Translations under genes and position numbers: made by a program
Shown here: piece after piece, positions 10,201 through 24,300 of the stretch
How the letters are laid out: every line of letters begins with the position of its first letter
Numbering within the stretch: position 1 is the first letter of the stretch
Notes under the pieces: model-generated
Databases searched by the model: none
What the model was told of the DNA's origin: nothing
What the model saw: the letters and a program-made list of their open reading frames with translations, nothing else
Assembly: GCA_001724265.1 (NCBI GenBank)
Contig: MEDY01000143.1
Coordinates: forward strand, 1 to 64,000
Reading direction: 5' to 3'
DNA length: 64,000 bases
DNA from: Rhizaria sp. SCN 62-66
Lineage: Eukaryota

Positions 10201-13200
10201 TGATCAAGTGATTGTAAACACATTGACTTATGCGGAGACACCGGGAGACTATCCAGACTCAATTCACACCCCAAGAGTCGGGCAGCACAAGCAGTATCAC
10301 TTGTGTCGTGGGGTGCAATCGCATTGGCGCTAGTGGTAGCGCTGGAGTCCGAGTTGATGGAGGTACCTGTGGTCTCATTGATTATCATCTTAGATGCTGT
10401 GGTTGTGCTAAAGTGAACAATCCCCCAAACGTGAAAGTGCATTTGCGCTACCGATGCGGATAAACTTTCAGCAGCGGCCTGACTGGCACTACTCGCAAGG
10501 CGGTGTAACACAGCAACGAGAGGTGACGACGCAGCGTTGGCAAGCATCGATAGTATATGCGGCACGGAGTTTGTGTCTTCATTGTTCAGTGCAAATGCTG
10601 TTGAAACCGAGTATAAGTCAACATTGCAGCAACGTGCAAGAAGCAGGGTCGCAGCAACACGGCGTTGCTCACAGTCGTTACACAATTCATCAGCGAGCAA
10701 AAAAGGCACGGCTGCACCCATCTTCGAGCTAACACCAAGACTGCCATTGCCAGAAGCATCAAGACCTAACATGTCATCCAAAGAGCAGCCGTACACACAG
10801 TGACCGCGACGAGCATCCGAGGCTCTAGCACTCGAGCTAGAGTTAGAGCTGAAATCTGACTGAGAGATGAAGTTGTTTTTAGTCTCCGGAAACACTACTG
10901 CGAGAACGGAGAAAAGCATTCGCGCATGTACAGGTAGGCACTGAACACCGTCATTCGTGACTGTGAGCAGAGACGAGACTGCCGCTGCAAAAGCAGAGTC
11001 AGGAACCGACACAAGCCACTCCCGAGCACACGCAATCTCGTTGCGATCATCGACAGCACCACAATGCGTTGTCGATTGCAATGACGCTAAGTTGCCACCT
11101 TGCTGGCGCTTCACATCGCCGCCCACGTGCAGCGGCGCCCTTGCAAGCGGCGCCAGCACAGGACACACGGCGCGCGCCGCGAGTGTCGCGCGGTCCGCAG
11201 AGGCGCGGAGCAGCACGGTCGCAACTGTGAGCGCGGACGGCGGGCACAAAGCGGGCGCGGTCCACAGCGACTGCAATAGAAGTCGTGCGGGGAGTACGCC
11301 AAGCGTGTTCGTCTTGCCGCCGGGGATGAGTGTGAATGATGTTGGGTGCGTAATGCGATGCTGTTCTAAGTACATTCCACTCATTGTAACGTTGTTACCC
11401 GTATTAGCTGGATCAGAACGATAAGTATTATTCACATTGTTGCAGTTTGCGTTGTTGCTTAGCACCAACGCGGCTGTGAGTTCTGAGACAGTGACAGAGC
11501 CAACCCAACTCGTACTGTCAGCCTTGGTCTCGGAAGTAACTGCGGGTAAAGTGTGGACACAGTCACTTGCGACAAGTACACGGTCATTGAACGCGGCACT
11601 AACAGAGTCCCCTTGTCGAGGCGCAAGCTCCCCACATGTCAGCGTGTCAAACAAACGAACAGCCTCAAAGAGCTTCGGTTGCCGCGGCGCGACATCATCG
11701 TCAGTGGACAGCTCTGCACAACGGCAAGATTCTATCTCACGAGCGGTCGGGCTAGAGCGCGTGATATCGCTGCTGCCGTTTACACTGTTGCTCGTGGGAA
11801 AGTCGCGCCACAGACAGAGGTCCGGCAGGCCGCCCGACCAGTCGCGGGCGCCGCCGGCGAATGCGGCGCACACCACCGCCGTCGCGACGGGGCCGAGGCG
11901 CTCGGCCAGGCCCTGCAGCAGGGCGAGCGTAAACGCGGAGCCCGGCTCGGGGGTGGGCAAGGGAGGCGGCATCGGCAACGCAGAGCGAATGTGAGCTGCC
12001 GAGTTGTTACTATGCGCAGAGCCTTGGCCAGCCGTGTCTAAGTGTTCGGCTCCACCTAAGGGTGGCCAGTAAACGCCACGCATGCGGCGGCCGTAGTGCC
12101 GAGCCCACTGTGCTTCAATAAACTGTGACAGCGATTGTTGGCAACGTGGTCGAGAGCAAGAACTGCACAGTAACTGTTGTGTGCGATCGTTGTTGTTGTG
12201 ATCGTAGCATTGAAGGATAGTGTCGAGACGTGCTTGAATTGCACTCGCGCGCAGTTGAGCAAACGACCCTGAGTCGAACAAGAGGGGCGCATCTTGCGAC
12301 TCGTTCTGACTGTGCATAAACACGCTGACGTCGTCGGAGACATCATTAGCGTCAGTGCCGCTGTTATCAGGTAATGGCCAGAGGATGTCGGCAAACATGA
12401 TCGAAAAGAGCGTGAAGAAAAGTCCGTTTTCGGCATGCGCACCGGCCCAAGCCCCTTCCTCCGGCCGCGCAAAGTGGTCAAGCACGAGCTGCTCGACGCT
12501 GACGGGCGCGGGTAAGTGGAACGGGTCCACCCTTACACCCAGATCAGTCTCGGAGTCACGGCTGTAGTGCGGCGCAGTGTTAAGGAGAAGCGCATTTCCA
12601 CCTTTAAGGACTTCAGGTTCCCGGGGTAACAATACACCGTATAGCCGAGTCTCCTCAGCCTCCTAAGCAGTAAACATATCGCCATAGAGGCTGTCACCAG
12701 CATTCGCAGTTGAGCTGCCGCTGCTATTGATCGCGCCCGTGTCGCTGCTGCTGGAGCCGAGTCGCGCGGCGGCGTCCAGCTTCCGGATCAGCGTCCGCAG
12801 CGCAGTGCCAGAGGGGTCGTTCGAGGTTAAGCCGCTCAGGAAGCGTGACTTGACTCCGATGCCGCCGGACGGCAGCGCGATGCCGGATAGAGTGCGCACA
12901 GTCACAAGCGACTGCGAGCAGAGACGGCGGAGCAAAGCGGGGCGGGACATAGGCAGTGCGAGCGGAAACAGTGAGGGACGTGATGTCAACCTCTGTGTTA
13001 GTGCTGCTGTAGTGGCCGTTGGCGTTGTCCGAGCCTCATCATTCATGCGATTCTGCAGAGTCTGGAAAGGGTATAGGAGTGACATGATCGAGTTGACACT
13101 TGTGAAACTGGAGCGGTAAGCAGCGCCAGCGTTACAAAGAGCGGAGCTATCGTCACAAACAGTAATTGTGAGTGAGTTAAGGAAGGAAAGGCCAACAACA

Positions 13201-16200
13201 TCAACATGGTCACTGCCAATGGCAACGTGACTTGCAACACTCGCGGATGGGTGACCGGTGCTCTCAGTTGCACAGTCAATCTTGACACTGCTGCTGGCAG
13301 CCGTATCAAGGTTCGGGATGGCAATGCTTTCAGTGCCAGACATGATAGTCACGCCATTCTCATCCATATCGACATCTTCGTCGTCGGAGTCAAGATTCAC
13401 TGAGCTCCGCTGTTGCTGCTTCTTACCGTTCGCGTCGGGCTTCGTGTTCCTGCTGCTGCCACAGCCAGTGCCAGTGTGAGTGGGCGTGGCGGCTGACCGC
13501 CCACGGCCACGCCCGCGGCCCCGGCCACGTGCTGTCGGGCTCGCAGCCATAACAGTGTCATCCTCGTCGTAGTCGCACTCACTATCACTAGCTTCACTTG
13601 CATCATCACTGCTGGAGCTTGAGCCAGAGTCTGTACAAAATTCGCTATCATCGCTGATAGTAGCTGAGGCCGCAGCAGCAGCGGCAGCGGCAGCCTGCCT
13701 GGCACTGGTCCGGCCCTTAGATACGACCGCCGCCGGCTTGGCTTTACTGGCGATCTTGCAATCAACGCGAGCGTCATCAGCGGCGCCCTTCGTCTTACGC
13801 CCCCCACTGGCTCCATTGCGCTTATAGCTACTGCTCTTGGCGTTGTTCGTGGTGTCGCCTTCGGAGATCGAGTTCGCGCTTGCGCTCGCAGCCGTACTCT
13901 GCTTGCAATTCGCACTCGCTTGCTTCTAAGTCTGCTTCTTAGCACCTTTGCCCTTGCTCTTCGCCTCTGCTGTTGCAAGTGCAGCGGCGGCTGCTTCCTC
14001 GGCGTCAACACCTTCAGACAGCTTCTTGGTCACCTTGCTCCATAGCACCATCGCGCGGTCCTCAAAGTCAAGCCGCCCTCCGGCCGCCGCCATCGCGCTC
14101 GTGTCGCGCAGCGCAGCAACGGCAAACGCCAAGGCACCGGCGCCCGCAACCGGGACCGGTGCAGCAGCAGCGGCTGTGACAGAGGCGGGGACGTAAGCCG
14201 AGTGGCCAGGAGAAGCAGCGGAGGCTGAGGCTAAAGCTAAGTCAGAAGCAGAGGAGTCGTTGCGCGCCGCGCTAGCGTCACTGCCGTGAGCAGAAAGAAT
14301 AGTGACAGTGGGCAGTGTGACCGTGTCGAACGACTTCATATGGGCGGATAAACACACAAGAGCGCGGCAGTAGAGCTGAGAGCGGCGGTGAGGGATGAAA
14401 CCAGTGTAACCCACAGTAGACTGCTCAGAGTCATTTCCCGTGTTGTTGCTGCTTTGCGCGAGCAGTAGCATGCGTGCAACGCTTGCAGAGAGCACAAACG
14501 CTTGCTCGTACGCCTTCGCTTTCTCGAGAACCTTGATTGCAAGGATGATAACGCGGGCCAAAATGTCAACAGCGTCCAAGCGTGCAGGCAAGTGCAGCGC
14601 GGCATTGCAGCTGATCGCGGAACCGGCACTTGCACTGCGTCTGTGAGCGCTATTGTTGCCGCCGACCGTAGGCATCGCTGCTACCGTAGGCATCGCTGCT
14701 GCTGTAGGTATCGCTGTTGCCGGCAACAGTGACTGGAACACGCCATGCGCGAGTGACCGCAAATCGGGAGTCGCAGTCTGTGTTTGAGATTGCTCACAGC
14801 CAATATCAGCCTGGGCAGAGCTAAGTGGCAGCGGGCACATGCTATGTACGGTCTTAAGCACCATATCAAGCGTTTTTCCGGCGCTCAACCCAATCGGTCG
14901 GGCGCAGAAAGTTAAGCCGCTCGGCCACAGCTCTCCAGTTTCACAGTGACTCCTACCACTGCTCTGTACACTGTTGTTGTGTTTCGCAATGATAAGCCGC
15001 AGAAGCGAGATCGCTACATCAGCAACGCGCGCAAGCGGAACCAAGTCAGGGGGCAAGATGACTGTGGGCACGGTAACTGCGGACGCTGCTGCGGCGCTCA
15101 GCGTTGTCACAGCCATCGTCACTGCACTGTCATGATGTTGTGACAGTACATTGGAGTCAGTGTTAGTCACTGAAAGCGTGCTACTATGATTTTGAGCATT
15201 GATAGCTGCAGCAGCAGCAAGGACAGCTGATGCAACACTTGCGTTGTTATTGCGGTTCTCAGTTAAAGAGTCACTACTGTCCGCAGTCAACAATAGAGGC
15301 GTATTGCCAGACTGCTTCACTTGCTGTTGCTGTTGCTGCCGTTTGTGTTGCAGTTGCTGTAGCTGCTGCAGCTTTTTCCCTTGCCTGCCAGTAACTACGC
15401 CGTCAAAGTTCAGCCTCACACTGAGCGTTCCCTTGCTGCCGTAGCGAAGTGATCCCTGAAACTTAGATTTGAGACTCAGTGCAATGCGCGCGTAATACCA
15501 CGATAGCGGGATAGTAAAGGCGAGTTTCACCCTATCTGCCAGTGTGACCGGGTTATACGGCACCGACCGCCAGAGGCCACTGCAGTCAGCGCCGGAGAAA
15601 CCCCTGCCAGAGCGCCCGCTGATCACGGTCACAGCGCGGGAGGAGGCGACCCCAGAGCACTCGGTTACACTAAGGCTGCTCGCGGCGAGAGAGCCGTTGA
15701 CATCGCCCACAGCAGTTGGGGTTGATCCTGAAGGGCTATGTAGAGAGCCCAAACTACTGTTAGTGATCTTCGTACTCAAACGCAAGTTCGACACAGAACG
15801 CTTATTGTTACCCTTTGCGTTCGTAGGCTTGATGTTAGCATCAGTATCAACACAAATCACCTTATCATCACCATCATCGTCAACGTCGTCGACAACAAAC
15901 GCAGCCTCATCAATCTCATTCGCACCCGCATAATCACGCGCACGAGAGCTCGTTCCAGCGCCAAACTTTGACCCAGCGCGAGACTTCGAGCCAGCGGCAG
16001 ACTCGCGCGCCGCACTGGGCGTTGCAGCTGCCGCAGCAGTCACGCTGCCGGTCAAAAGCGCGGCCTCCGCCTCCGCCAGTGCCACCTAAGTCAGCAGTCC
16101 CACAGTGCCCGCCGTGGCCGCCCCTGTCGCCGCCGTGGCCGCCGCCGTGGCCGCAGTTGTCGCTGTCGACGCCGCGGCAGCTCCGGAGGCCGTGGGCAGC

Positions 16201-19200
16201 GGGAGCACCGTGGCGACGGCGCGGACGGCTGCCGTGGCCGCCGCCCGCTGCGGCGCGGCGCCTTGCCACGCCGCGGCCGCAACGACGCCCGTGGCGCCGC
16301 CGACGTGCCCGACCGCGAGCAGCGAGGCGCCGCCGCCGGGCTCGGCCGCAGCCGAGGCGCCCACGGTCCAGGACGCTGCGGCGGGGGCCAGACCCAGGGA
16401 GGCCGAGAGCCCGGGCTCGTTAGCCAGGGTGCTCGCAAGGTACAGCAGACGCAGCGAGAGGAACAGCAGCGGGGCGGAGACGAGAGGTGTCACTACAGTG
16501 ACCGACGCCAAGTCAGATGTTGAAGCCGCGCCAGAGCTAAAGCTGGCACTAGAGCTAGAGGGAGAACTAGAGCTAGGGCTAGAGCGAGTACCACCAAGTG
16601 CTACCTTGAGCTGCGATGTTTTGCGGGGAAAAAGCGTGGCTTGCGGCGAGAAAAGTGAGTAACTGCGCGCGAAGTGCTGCGGAAGAGAGTAGCGACCAAG
16701 GGCCAGGAGCGCTGAGGCAGGGGTGACCGTGAGCGTCAGTGGCGTATTTACCGTGTTGTTGATGTGCAAAGACTGTGGTGTCATGAAGGCGATACCGACA
16801 GGATCGGTCGTGTGACAACTGCTCTGTGAAGAAGACAAAACTGCAAGTCGAGCCCATAGCTGTGGGTTCTGCAAGCGGACATACAACGCCAGAGGGTTAT
16901 CCAACGAGAGAAATGGTAACAAAGAGCCAAAATTAGCACTCGCACTGTGACAGTCAATGCTGTAATACGTGCGGGGATACAGCGGACTTGTGCGTTGAGT
17001 AACCGTAAGCAAGCGATCATCACAATTCGCGCTCACACTTGCACTCACACTCTCACTGAAGCTAGAGTTGCTGTGAGAGTTGTTGTTGTTATTGAAGTCG
17101 AGGTCGTTATCTTGCTCTTCCTCCTCTTCCTCGTTATCATCACCATCAACAACATCCGCACTCGCGCTCGTACTCGTGCCAGTCGCATTTGGGCTGCTGA
17201 TGCCGCTGCTACTAATGTCGTTGTCGTTCCGCGCTGTTTGCGACGCCATCACTGCGGTGACGCGCAGCCCGTACCACGCCTGGAACGGCGTCGGCGACGG
17301 CACAGTCGTCGGCAAAGCACTGGCCAACAATGGCCAGACCCAACGGGGCGGCGGCGGCGGCAAAGATGGTGACGGCAACAGTGATGATGATGAGGCAGAG
17401 TCAAGTGACTGCGAGCTCGTGCTTTCGTTGTTAGGTGACTGTGACGCAGGCAAATTGCTTGCATTTGTCGCAGGACTGCCAGAATTAGCACGATATTGCC
17501 ACGTTTTGGGCTTTGTTGCAGAGAGAGTTGCGGTTTCGTCGACAGTATCAACATCGACGAAGTCATCGTCATCATTCATCGCAGCGACATTCGCAGCATG
17601 AGCGTCCGTTAGCAGCAAAACCTCATCGCCAGTAGCCTTACTCTTGCACGCGATGTAACTGTCCCTATTATTGCAATCGCTGTTAGCATTTGTCGCGTCA
17701 TCGACGGCGTCGGCGTAGGCGTCGGCGTCAGGCCTGCCCAGCACCACCGACACCGCGGACGCCAGCGGTGGATGCAGCGGTGGCAGCGCAGTCGCAGCGG
17801 CAGCACCGGCCACAGCAGCCGCAGAGCTGAGCCGAGCCGCAGCCGCAGCGGCGGCCGTGGCGGCGTTTACCGAGTCTGAGACGTTGCCACGCAAAGTAAC
17901 ACCAGAGGTTTGGAGGTGCTGTTGACGTGTCTGCAAATACTGCGTCACAGCGTTAACCGCCGTTGACAGAGCGTCGCGTGGCGCACTGTGGTGCGCGCTA
18001 AGGCCGATTAACCACGAGCCGGCGGCCGTTGCCAGTGCGTCCGCCGCGGCCTCGACCTCCGGCTTAGCGTTAACAACAACAGACGCAGCCTCATCATCAG
18101 CGCCGGCAGCAGCATCCACGTATTGAACACCGTCGCTAATAGCAGAATTATTGCTCTTGTTGCTATTACTTTCGCTCTTGTTCACACTGTGTATGCCGGA
18201 GATCGAGTCAACGCTGGCAAGTGTAACGAGTGTGCGAATGCTCTCAGCGTCCAGCCCGAGCGGTGCCGCGGGCGCCAGTGACGTGGCGAGCGTGCCCAGC
18301 CACACGCACTTGCTCAATAGTGAGAGCACGGGGGGCGCGATGCGGAAGACAAGCCGCGAGCTTAGACTGGCCCGCAGATAGGAATAGATGTGCGGAGCGT
18401 CGAGCAGTAAGGGCATCGTTGTGGGGGACTGTAAGGGGCTACTTAGACCAAAATCAGTCGGCGGTGAGTTGGGGCTTGCAATCACGCTGGTGTTGCCGAA
18501 GTAAGGCTGTTTGGCTAAGTACAGCAGCAGAGCGCGGCGAGTCTGGCTCGCAGTCATCGCTGTTGTCGCTGCTGCAGCTGTGGCACCAGCGTTGTTGTTA
18601 TTGTTATTGTTCTTGTAGCTTGGGCTAGAGCCATTCTTATTCGCGCTATTGTTGTTAGCGGCATTGCCAGAGGTGCGCGATCCACTAGAGCCATTGCTAG
18701 AGCTGTTTTTGCTCCCGCTGCCACCGGCACTACTTGCAGTGTCACTGCTGCCGGTTGAACCAGCTGCAGCAGTGGCAGCGCAAAACAACGCGATCAACGA
18801 AGACAACGACTGCTGCTGTTGTTGTTGTGGGTACATACCGCTGCTGTTATGATGACCGTGAGCCGGGGCAGAAACCGTGGACTGCAGGGGATCGAGCTTG
18901 GTCGCCGCGCCGTTGAGCTGCGCCAGCTGCTGCGGTGTGAGCTTCAAGCGCCTGATCACGCCGGTCAAAGCGGCGTTAGACAGCAAAGACACGAGCGTGA
19001 GGACCTTGAGCCGCTGCGGCGTCAAGGAGCTTTGCTCAAACTCCGTTGCGTAATAAGGACTGTCGGAATTGTAAGGGGATTGGGCGTCTAAGTAGGACTG
19101 TGGCGCCGTGAACGCCTGGTCAAAGGCCTCGATGAAGACAGGAGTCGCAGTTGCATCTGCTGCCGCCGAGCCAGCTGTAAGTGCGAGAGTGCGTGATTGC

Positions 19201-20168
19201 GCGTGCGACTGTGCACTGTGCGAGCTATCTGACTCTGGTTCTGCCGCGGCCGCTGACGCCACGGTCACCGACGGGAAAGTGAGAGCTGTGATGTGTCGTT
19301 GCAGACCTGAGAAAACGAACGCGTTACTCTTGGAGTCGCTCTCGATCTCATTGCTAGTATCGTTGCTGCTGTTGCCATCGCTGCTGTGGCTACACAGGTC
19401 GCTATACGCGGTGTCCGAGAGCAGCGCACTTGTGGTGATGGCAATCAGCGGCGCTAAGTCGTGGCAAAGCAGCGCCTCCTCCTGGTCAATCTCGCTCTCA
19501 TTGACTGCATTGACGCCAAATCCAGCGCCACCAGCACTGTTACCCGCATTGCGGAAGCCGTGACTGCCTCCGGAACTCGCACTCGCACTGTTTTGACTGT
19601 TGCCGTAACTGGTCGTGTTTGCAGTTGCGTTACTGCTGTTTGAGGTACTGTTCGCGTTACTGTTTGCGTTGCCGTTGCTGTTGCTGGAGCTTTGCCGCCG
19701 GCGCTGCGCCGCTACCGCCGCGCTAATAGTGCGCGCGGCCAACTCACGACTCAAGACCCACTTGCCGATGGCATTGCGCGTGAACAGCAGCTTCGCGACT
19801 GCTGCTTGCGAGGGCAGCGGAAGATAGAAGAGGTGCGCTAGAAGCTGCCGCTCACTCGCGGTGAAGAGCGACGGGTACTTAAGAAACGCGGGCAGGGCAA
19901 GGTGCGCGAGGTGCTCGACGTAACGCAGAGATGTGGGCGGGAGGCGCCGGGTCGAAGCGGCCGCGGCCGCGTCAGTTGCAGTGTTGGAAGGCTGGGAAAC
20001 CTCAGAGGAAGACTGAGACGCGGAGGAAAGCGCGGATAGATACTCGAACACGGTCTGGCTGTGCGCAATCGCAGTGTCTGCTGCGCTGCAAAGATCGGTT
20101 GGTAAAGATGTGATAGTGCTGGGGTTGGGGGGTGGCCAGGGGCCGTGTTGCAGCCCCGAGGAGGACAT
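7221..20168 (-). CDS. FAN1: FAN1-like (Fanconi-associated nuclease 1, VRR-NUC) protein, ~4,315 aa, single reading frame with three in-frame TAG codons (16088-16086, 13928-13926, 12665-12663)
   Basis: N-terminal YVEHL...PSLFTASERQLL..LFYLP..SQAAVAKLLFTR...KW; TPR-like KVLEKAKAYEQA...HRRSQLYCRALVCL..H; VEQLVLDHF...GAHAENGLFFTLFSIMFADIL; WSGGLPDLCLWR; C-terminal KLIEVKGPRDELSTQQTAWLELL...VEV. These occur in FAN1 order across four listed ORFs that share one frame (12,948 nt, divisible by 3). Ends in TAA. Confidence 0.88.
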
Positions 20169-20344
20169 CGATGAACTGCTCTGATAGCGGAGAGGAGAAA
20201 ATATGAGATAAGTGGGTTTCAAAGATGAATTAAGAGATATAATAATAGAATTAAATTAGAAATTACATGGGAATTCCACTCTATTAGCCATGTGCGAAGT
20301 GACGGAACTTTCATCGAGCTGCGTCTCTTTGAAGATATGTTGAA

Positions 20345-20362
20345 TTGGCGGGCGCTTGGCGC
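20345..20362. promoter_or_regulatory. Tandem E2F-like motifs (TTGGCGGG, TTGGCGC) ~180 bp upstream of the FAN1 start
   Basis: They resemble the E2F consensus TTTSSCGS, in a position that suits a DNA-repair gene. Short motifs, so they may be chance. Confidence 0.25.
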
Positions 20363-21376
20363 AGTTGACAGAGTCGGACCGAGAAGTCCACAACATTTCT
20401 GAGGTTAGTGAAGCAAGATTGCAACTTAAAAAGTTATATGGCAGCGATGTTATTAAAAACGCACCGCTACATATCCCGCTGCATTATTTTGAGTTGGGTC
20501 TTATATTAAACTGAGGAAAATCTGAATGAGGCATCCCTACATCAACTCAAGAGTATTCAAACCGCTCACTGAACTGCAGACTAGCACCATTTTCGAGGGC
20601 TACATGGAGATACCACTAGCATGTCCATGTAGTATGTATACGCACATATTGTAATCCAAAACTTTTCTGTCAGGATGTCATTTTTCTACGAATATCGACG
20701 CTGATTAGCACTGATGTCGCATTGTTACACAAAACTAGACAAACTTATACAAGTCCAGATATCCTTTATGAAAAATGCCCTTTGAAGTTTCATAATCACT
20801 TCACGAATTTAAAAGATATTAAATTTCCTTATCCTTGGTTTTATAGCCTAAATCCTTCGTTGAAGCAACATATGACTCATATAACTCCCTTCTTGTCGCA
20901 GTCATACGACTTGAAATTATACAAAGTCGTATAGCCGGCGTATTGAACAAATGACAAACAATAGCTGAAGCATTACATAATATGATTAAAGAAGTGGATT
21001 ATATGAAAACCGTTAAGATTAGCAATGATACAACTGTTTTATGTTGGATTCATGCTTAGACGTCGCCCTGCGAGTATTCCTTGTCATTGCTTTGTGGTGA
21101 GACCTGGAGACTCGACCAGTAAGAAGTATTTTGAAACTGGTCCGTTGGAACCCGTGAAGACACAGCTCCACTGCCACCTGACAGCCGTCAGCAATCATTT
21201 AGTTGATCTTTCCATTAAGAACACGGACATATATTTATAATATTTAAGATTCATTTTTTACTCTTACATTCTTCCCTTTCATTTCCCCGAAACTTTTCCC
21301 CGTCCTCCCCAGCTCTCGCCCCCTTTCCCTCTCCCTCACTTCCCTCGCTCCCCCGTCCCAGCCCCCACTCCGCACA

Positions 21377-24300
21377 ATGTGGCGCGTAGGCTCCGGCTCC
21401 TCCGGTGGGTCAGACGCGCCCCCGGGCGGTGACCGCGCCGCGCTCGATAAGCTAAGCCGCATCAACTCGACCGCGCTCCCTGCCCCCAGCAGCTCTCACG
21501 CCCCCACCAGCAGCAACAGCAACTACCGCCAGAGCACTGCCGCGGGTTCTGCTGCCGCCCCCGGCCGCGGCTACGACGAGTACGACCCGTACGGCGACGA
21601 CCGCGACTACTACGACGAAGGCGGCAACGATCACACCGACGACAGAGACGACTACAATCCCCCCAACAACAACAACGGCTACCGTGGTAGTGGCGCTGGC
21701 GCTGCTGCTGGCGCCGGCTCGAGCGACGCGGCGGACATCACTTACGAGGACGACGACAACAGCGTCATCAACAACTACTACCGCAAACACATGCCGTCTG
21801 CCGCCACCGCCGCGGCTACCAACACGAACACTCGCCCAGCCGCTGCGACTGGCGCTGGCGCGGGCGTGGGCACTACTGGCACTAGGAATGAGTTCTTGAC
21901 CAGCGGCGAGTACCGCGATGTGTACGATAAGGCTACCGCGTTTATGCGCGCCGCCGGCAGCAGCAACACCCAGCTTCCCCCGTCAGCCGCCGCCGGCGCC
22001 GGCGCGAATCGTTTCACGAGCAGCAGCAGCAGCAACAACAACAACCCTGGCGTTGGCGGTCACAACGAGACGACCGACAGCCTCAACGGCGACAGCGGCT
22101 ACGGCAGCGGCCACGGCCACGGTCATGGCAACGACGACGACTACTACGACGACGATTACGCGGACGACGCCAACTTCGACGACAGCGCGCGGCAGCCCTC
22201 CGCCGCCGCGGCCGCCGCCGTCGCCGCCGCCGTGGCCGCGGCGGCCGCCACGGGCCCCGGGATCAACATCGGCGACGGTTACACGCCCCGCGGCGGCGCC
22301 AAGTCCTCCGCGAACGGCGGCAACGGCGCGAGCGGCGGCGGCGGCGGTGTAAGTGGGCCCCAGGCGGCGTCTAAGAGCGCCTATGGCAGCCACGGCGGCG
22401 GCGTGTGGGCCGATAAGTACACCACCGGCTCTAAACATCCGCAGCAGCACTCCGGTCACTACGCGGTCGGCGACGACGACGAGGACGAAGGCGACTACAA
22501 CGTCAGCTATGATGAGTACGCTGACGACGGCCACAACCAGCACGCGCCCCATAACAACAACCAGCACCACGGAGACACTGGCGACGATGGGGGTTACGGC
22601 GATGACTTGCCGTACGATCTGGACCCCCGGTACGACGGCGACGCCGGTCTGCAAAGCGGCAACCACACTGTGACCGAGACGGAGATCGACGTCACAGACT
22701 CCGGCCCCAGCCACTTCTACGGCGGCAATAACAATAACAACAACGTGACGATGCTCGGCAACACCAACACGACGCTCAATACGGGCAAGAACCTCGCGGG
22801 CGCCCATAGTAAGCAGGCGGGGAGCACCGAGAGCGGACTGCTGTTCCGACTGACTGCGGGCCGCAGCGGCGGTGCACTGCCCCCGCCGCCGCCGCCGACG
22901 ATCGCGACCTCGAGCTCGGCCGTCGCGGCGGCTGCGGGGCGCTTTGCCCGCCCCACGGTCAGCCCAACGGGTGACGCTGAGCAGCAACAGCAACAGCAGC
23001 AGAGTGGGAGCAAGAGCGGCGGGGGGAACAACTTCGCGATGACTGGCGGCAGCAACGTGATCGACGACTACAGCTACACTGCGAGCGCCAACACTACTGC
23101 GGTGACTCAGAGCGACGCCGCCGCTGTGGTCGGCACGCACGGGGGAACGCCTGGCGCTCACGGTCACTTCAGCGCCGAGTCCAAGGGCGACCACGGCGAC
23201 GACGACGGCGAGGAGATCGAGGTCAGCGTCACCGCCAGCAACAACACCAACGGCGGTGGCGGTGCAGGCGCCGCGAAGTACGGGGGCGGTCTGGCCCCGC
23301 CTGTCGCGTCCGCGGCCCTGGGCGCACTGGGCGGCGGCCTGCGTGACGGCGAGTACTCTGGCTACGACTACGACGACGGCGACAGCACACTGCACGACGC
23401 GGCAGCGAAGCCGCACGCACACGGCGGCGGCCGCAATAACAACGGCTACACGGATGACAGTGGAATGATTTCGATCGATATAACCAACAACACGACTGTG
23501 TTCACCGGCTCTGGCACCGTCCTCGGCTCAGCTCAGGCTCCCAACTCTACCAAAGCGCAACAACAACAGCAACAACAGCAGAAGGCAGTGTCTAGCAACA
23601 CCCTTGCCCTGCCTAGCTCCAGTTCGCACGGTCACCAGGGCCAGACCAACGCGTCCGACGCTAGCATCAACATCAGTGTATCCGTCGCAGATGTTTCCGC
23701 AGTCAAGCCCAGTCAAGCCGCCGCCGCCACTGCTGGTGCTGCTGCGGTGGCCAAGCCGGGGCCGCCGCTGCCTCCAGTACCCGCGCACCTTGCTAACAAC
23801 AACAACAATAACGCCAACCGTAGCACTGCTACTGGCGCTGTTAGTGTGATCCCCAACAGCTCGAGCGGCGGCAGCACAAGTAGCAAGAATGCTAACGAGG
23901 ACGACGACGAAGACGTTGAGATCGAGCTTGATGATGATGACGACGACATGAACGTGGCTGCTCCAACCGCGATTGCAAACTCCAACAGTGTCGTGAAACA
24001 GCCAGGGAATACCGCTACTGCTGCGGCGGCGTACAACGGTGGTTTCGAGGAGGAGGAGGTCGTCTCTCTGCCGACGGCCAACAATCCCGTCATTCGCCAC
24101 CTCAATGCCAACGCCAATAACGACCGTGTCAACGGCCTGCTGGGGCTGCCCACAGCGGTGGGCGCTGCGAATGCAGAGGCGAGCGCGATCGAGATCTCTA
24201 TTGGCGGCGACTCTCCGTACCGCGGGCCCCGCGCTCTGCCAGCGAACAACAATAACAATAACAACAAGCCAGTTGTAGGCAGCAATAACAACAACAAGAA

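Noticed and set aside
7350-11800. Intein or mobile element inside the FAN1 nuclease domain
   Set aside because: No Hint block motifs, homing-endonuclease, reverse-transcriptase or transposase motifs are visible, and the composition matches the other low-complexity inserts.
16086-16097. CTGACTTAG at the first FAN1 TAG looks like a branch point plus 3' splice site
   Set aside because: The upstream sequence is GC-rich, open and coding-like, unlike the AT-rich introns here. The nearest GTACG donor I found is ~1.2 kb away, and the other TAG sites lack intron features. RNA-seq is needed to exclude it fully.
7221-20222. Four separate genes, as suggested by the ORF track
   Set aside because: They share one frame with no AT-rich spacers, are separated only by TAG, and FAN1 motifs are distributed across them in order.
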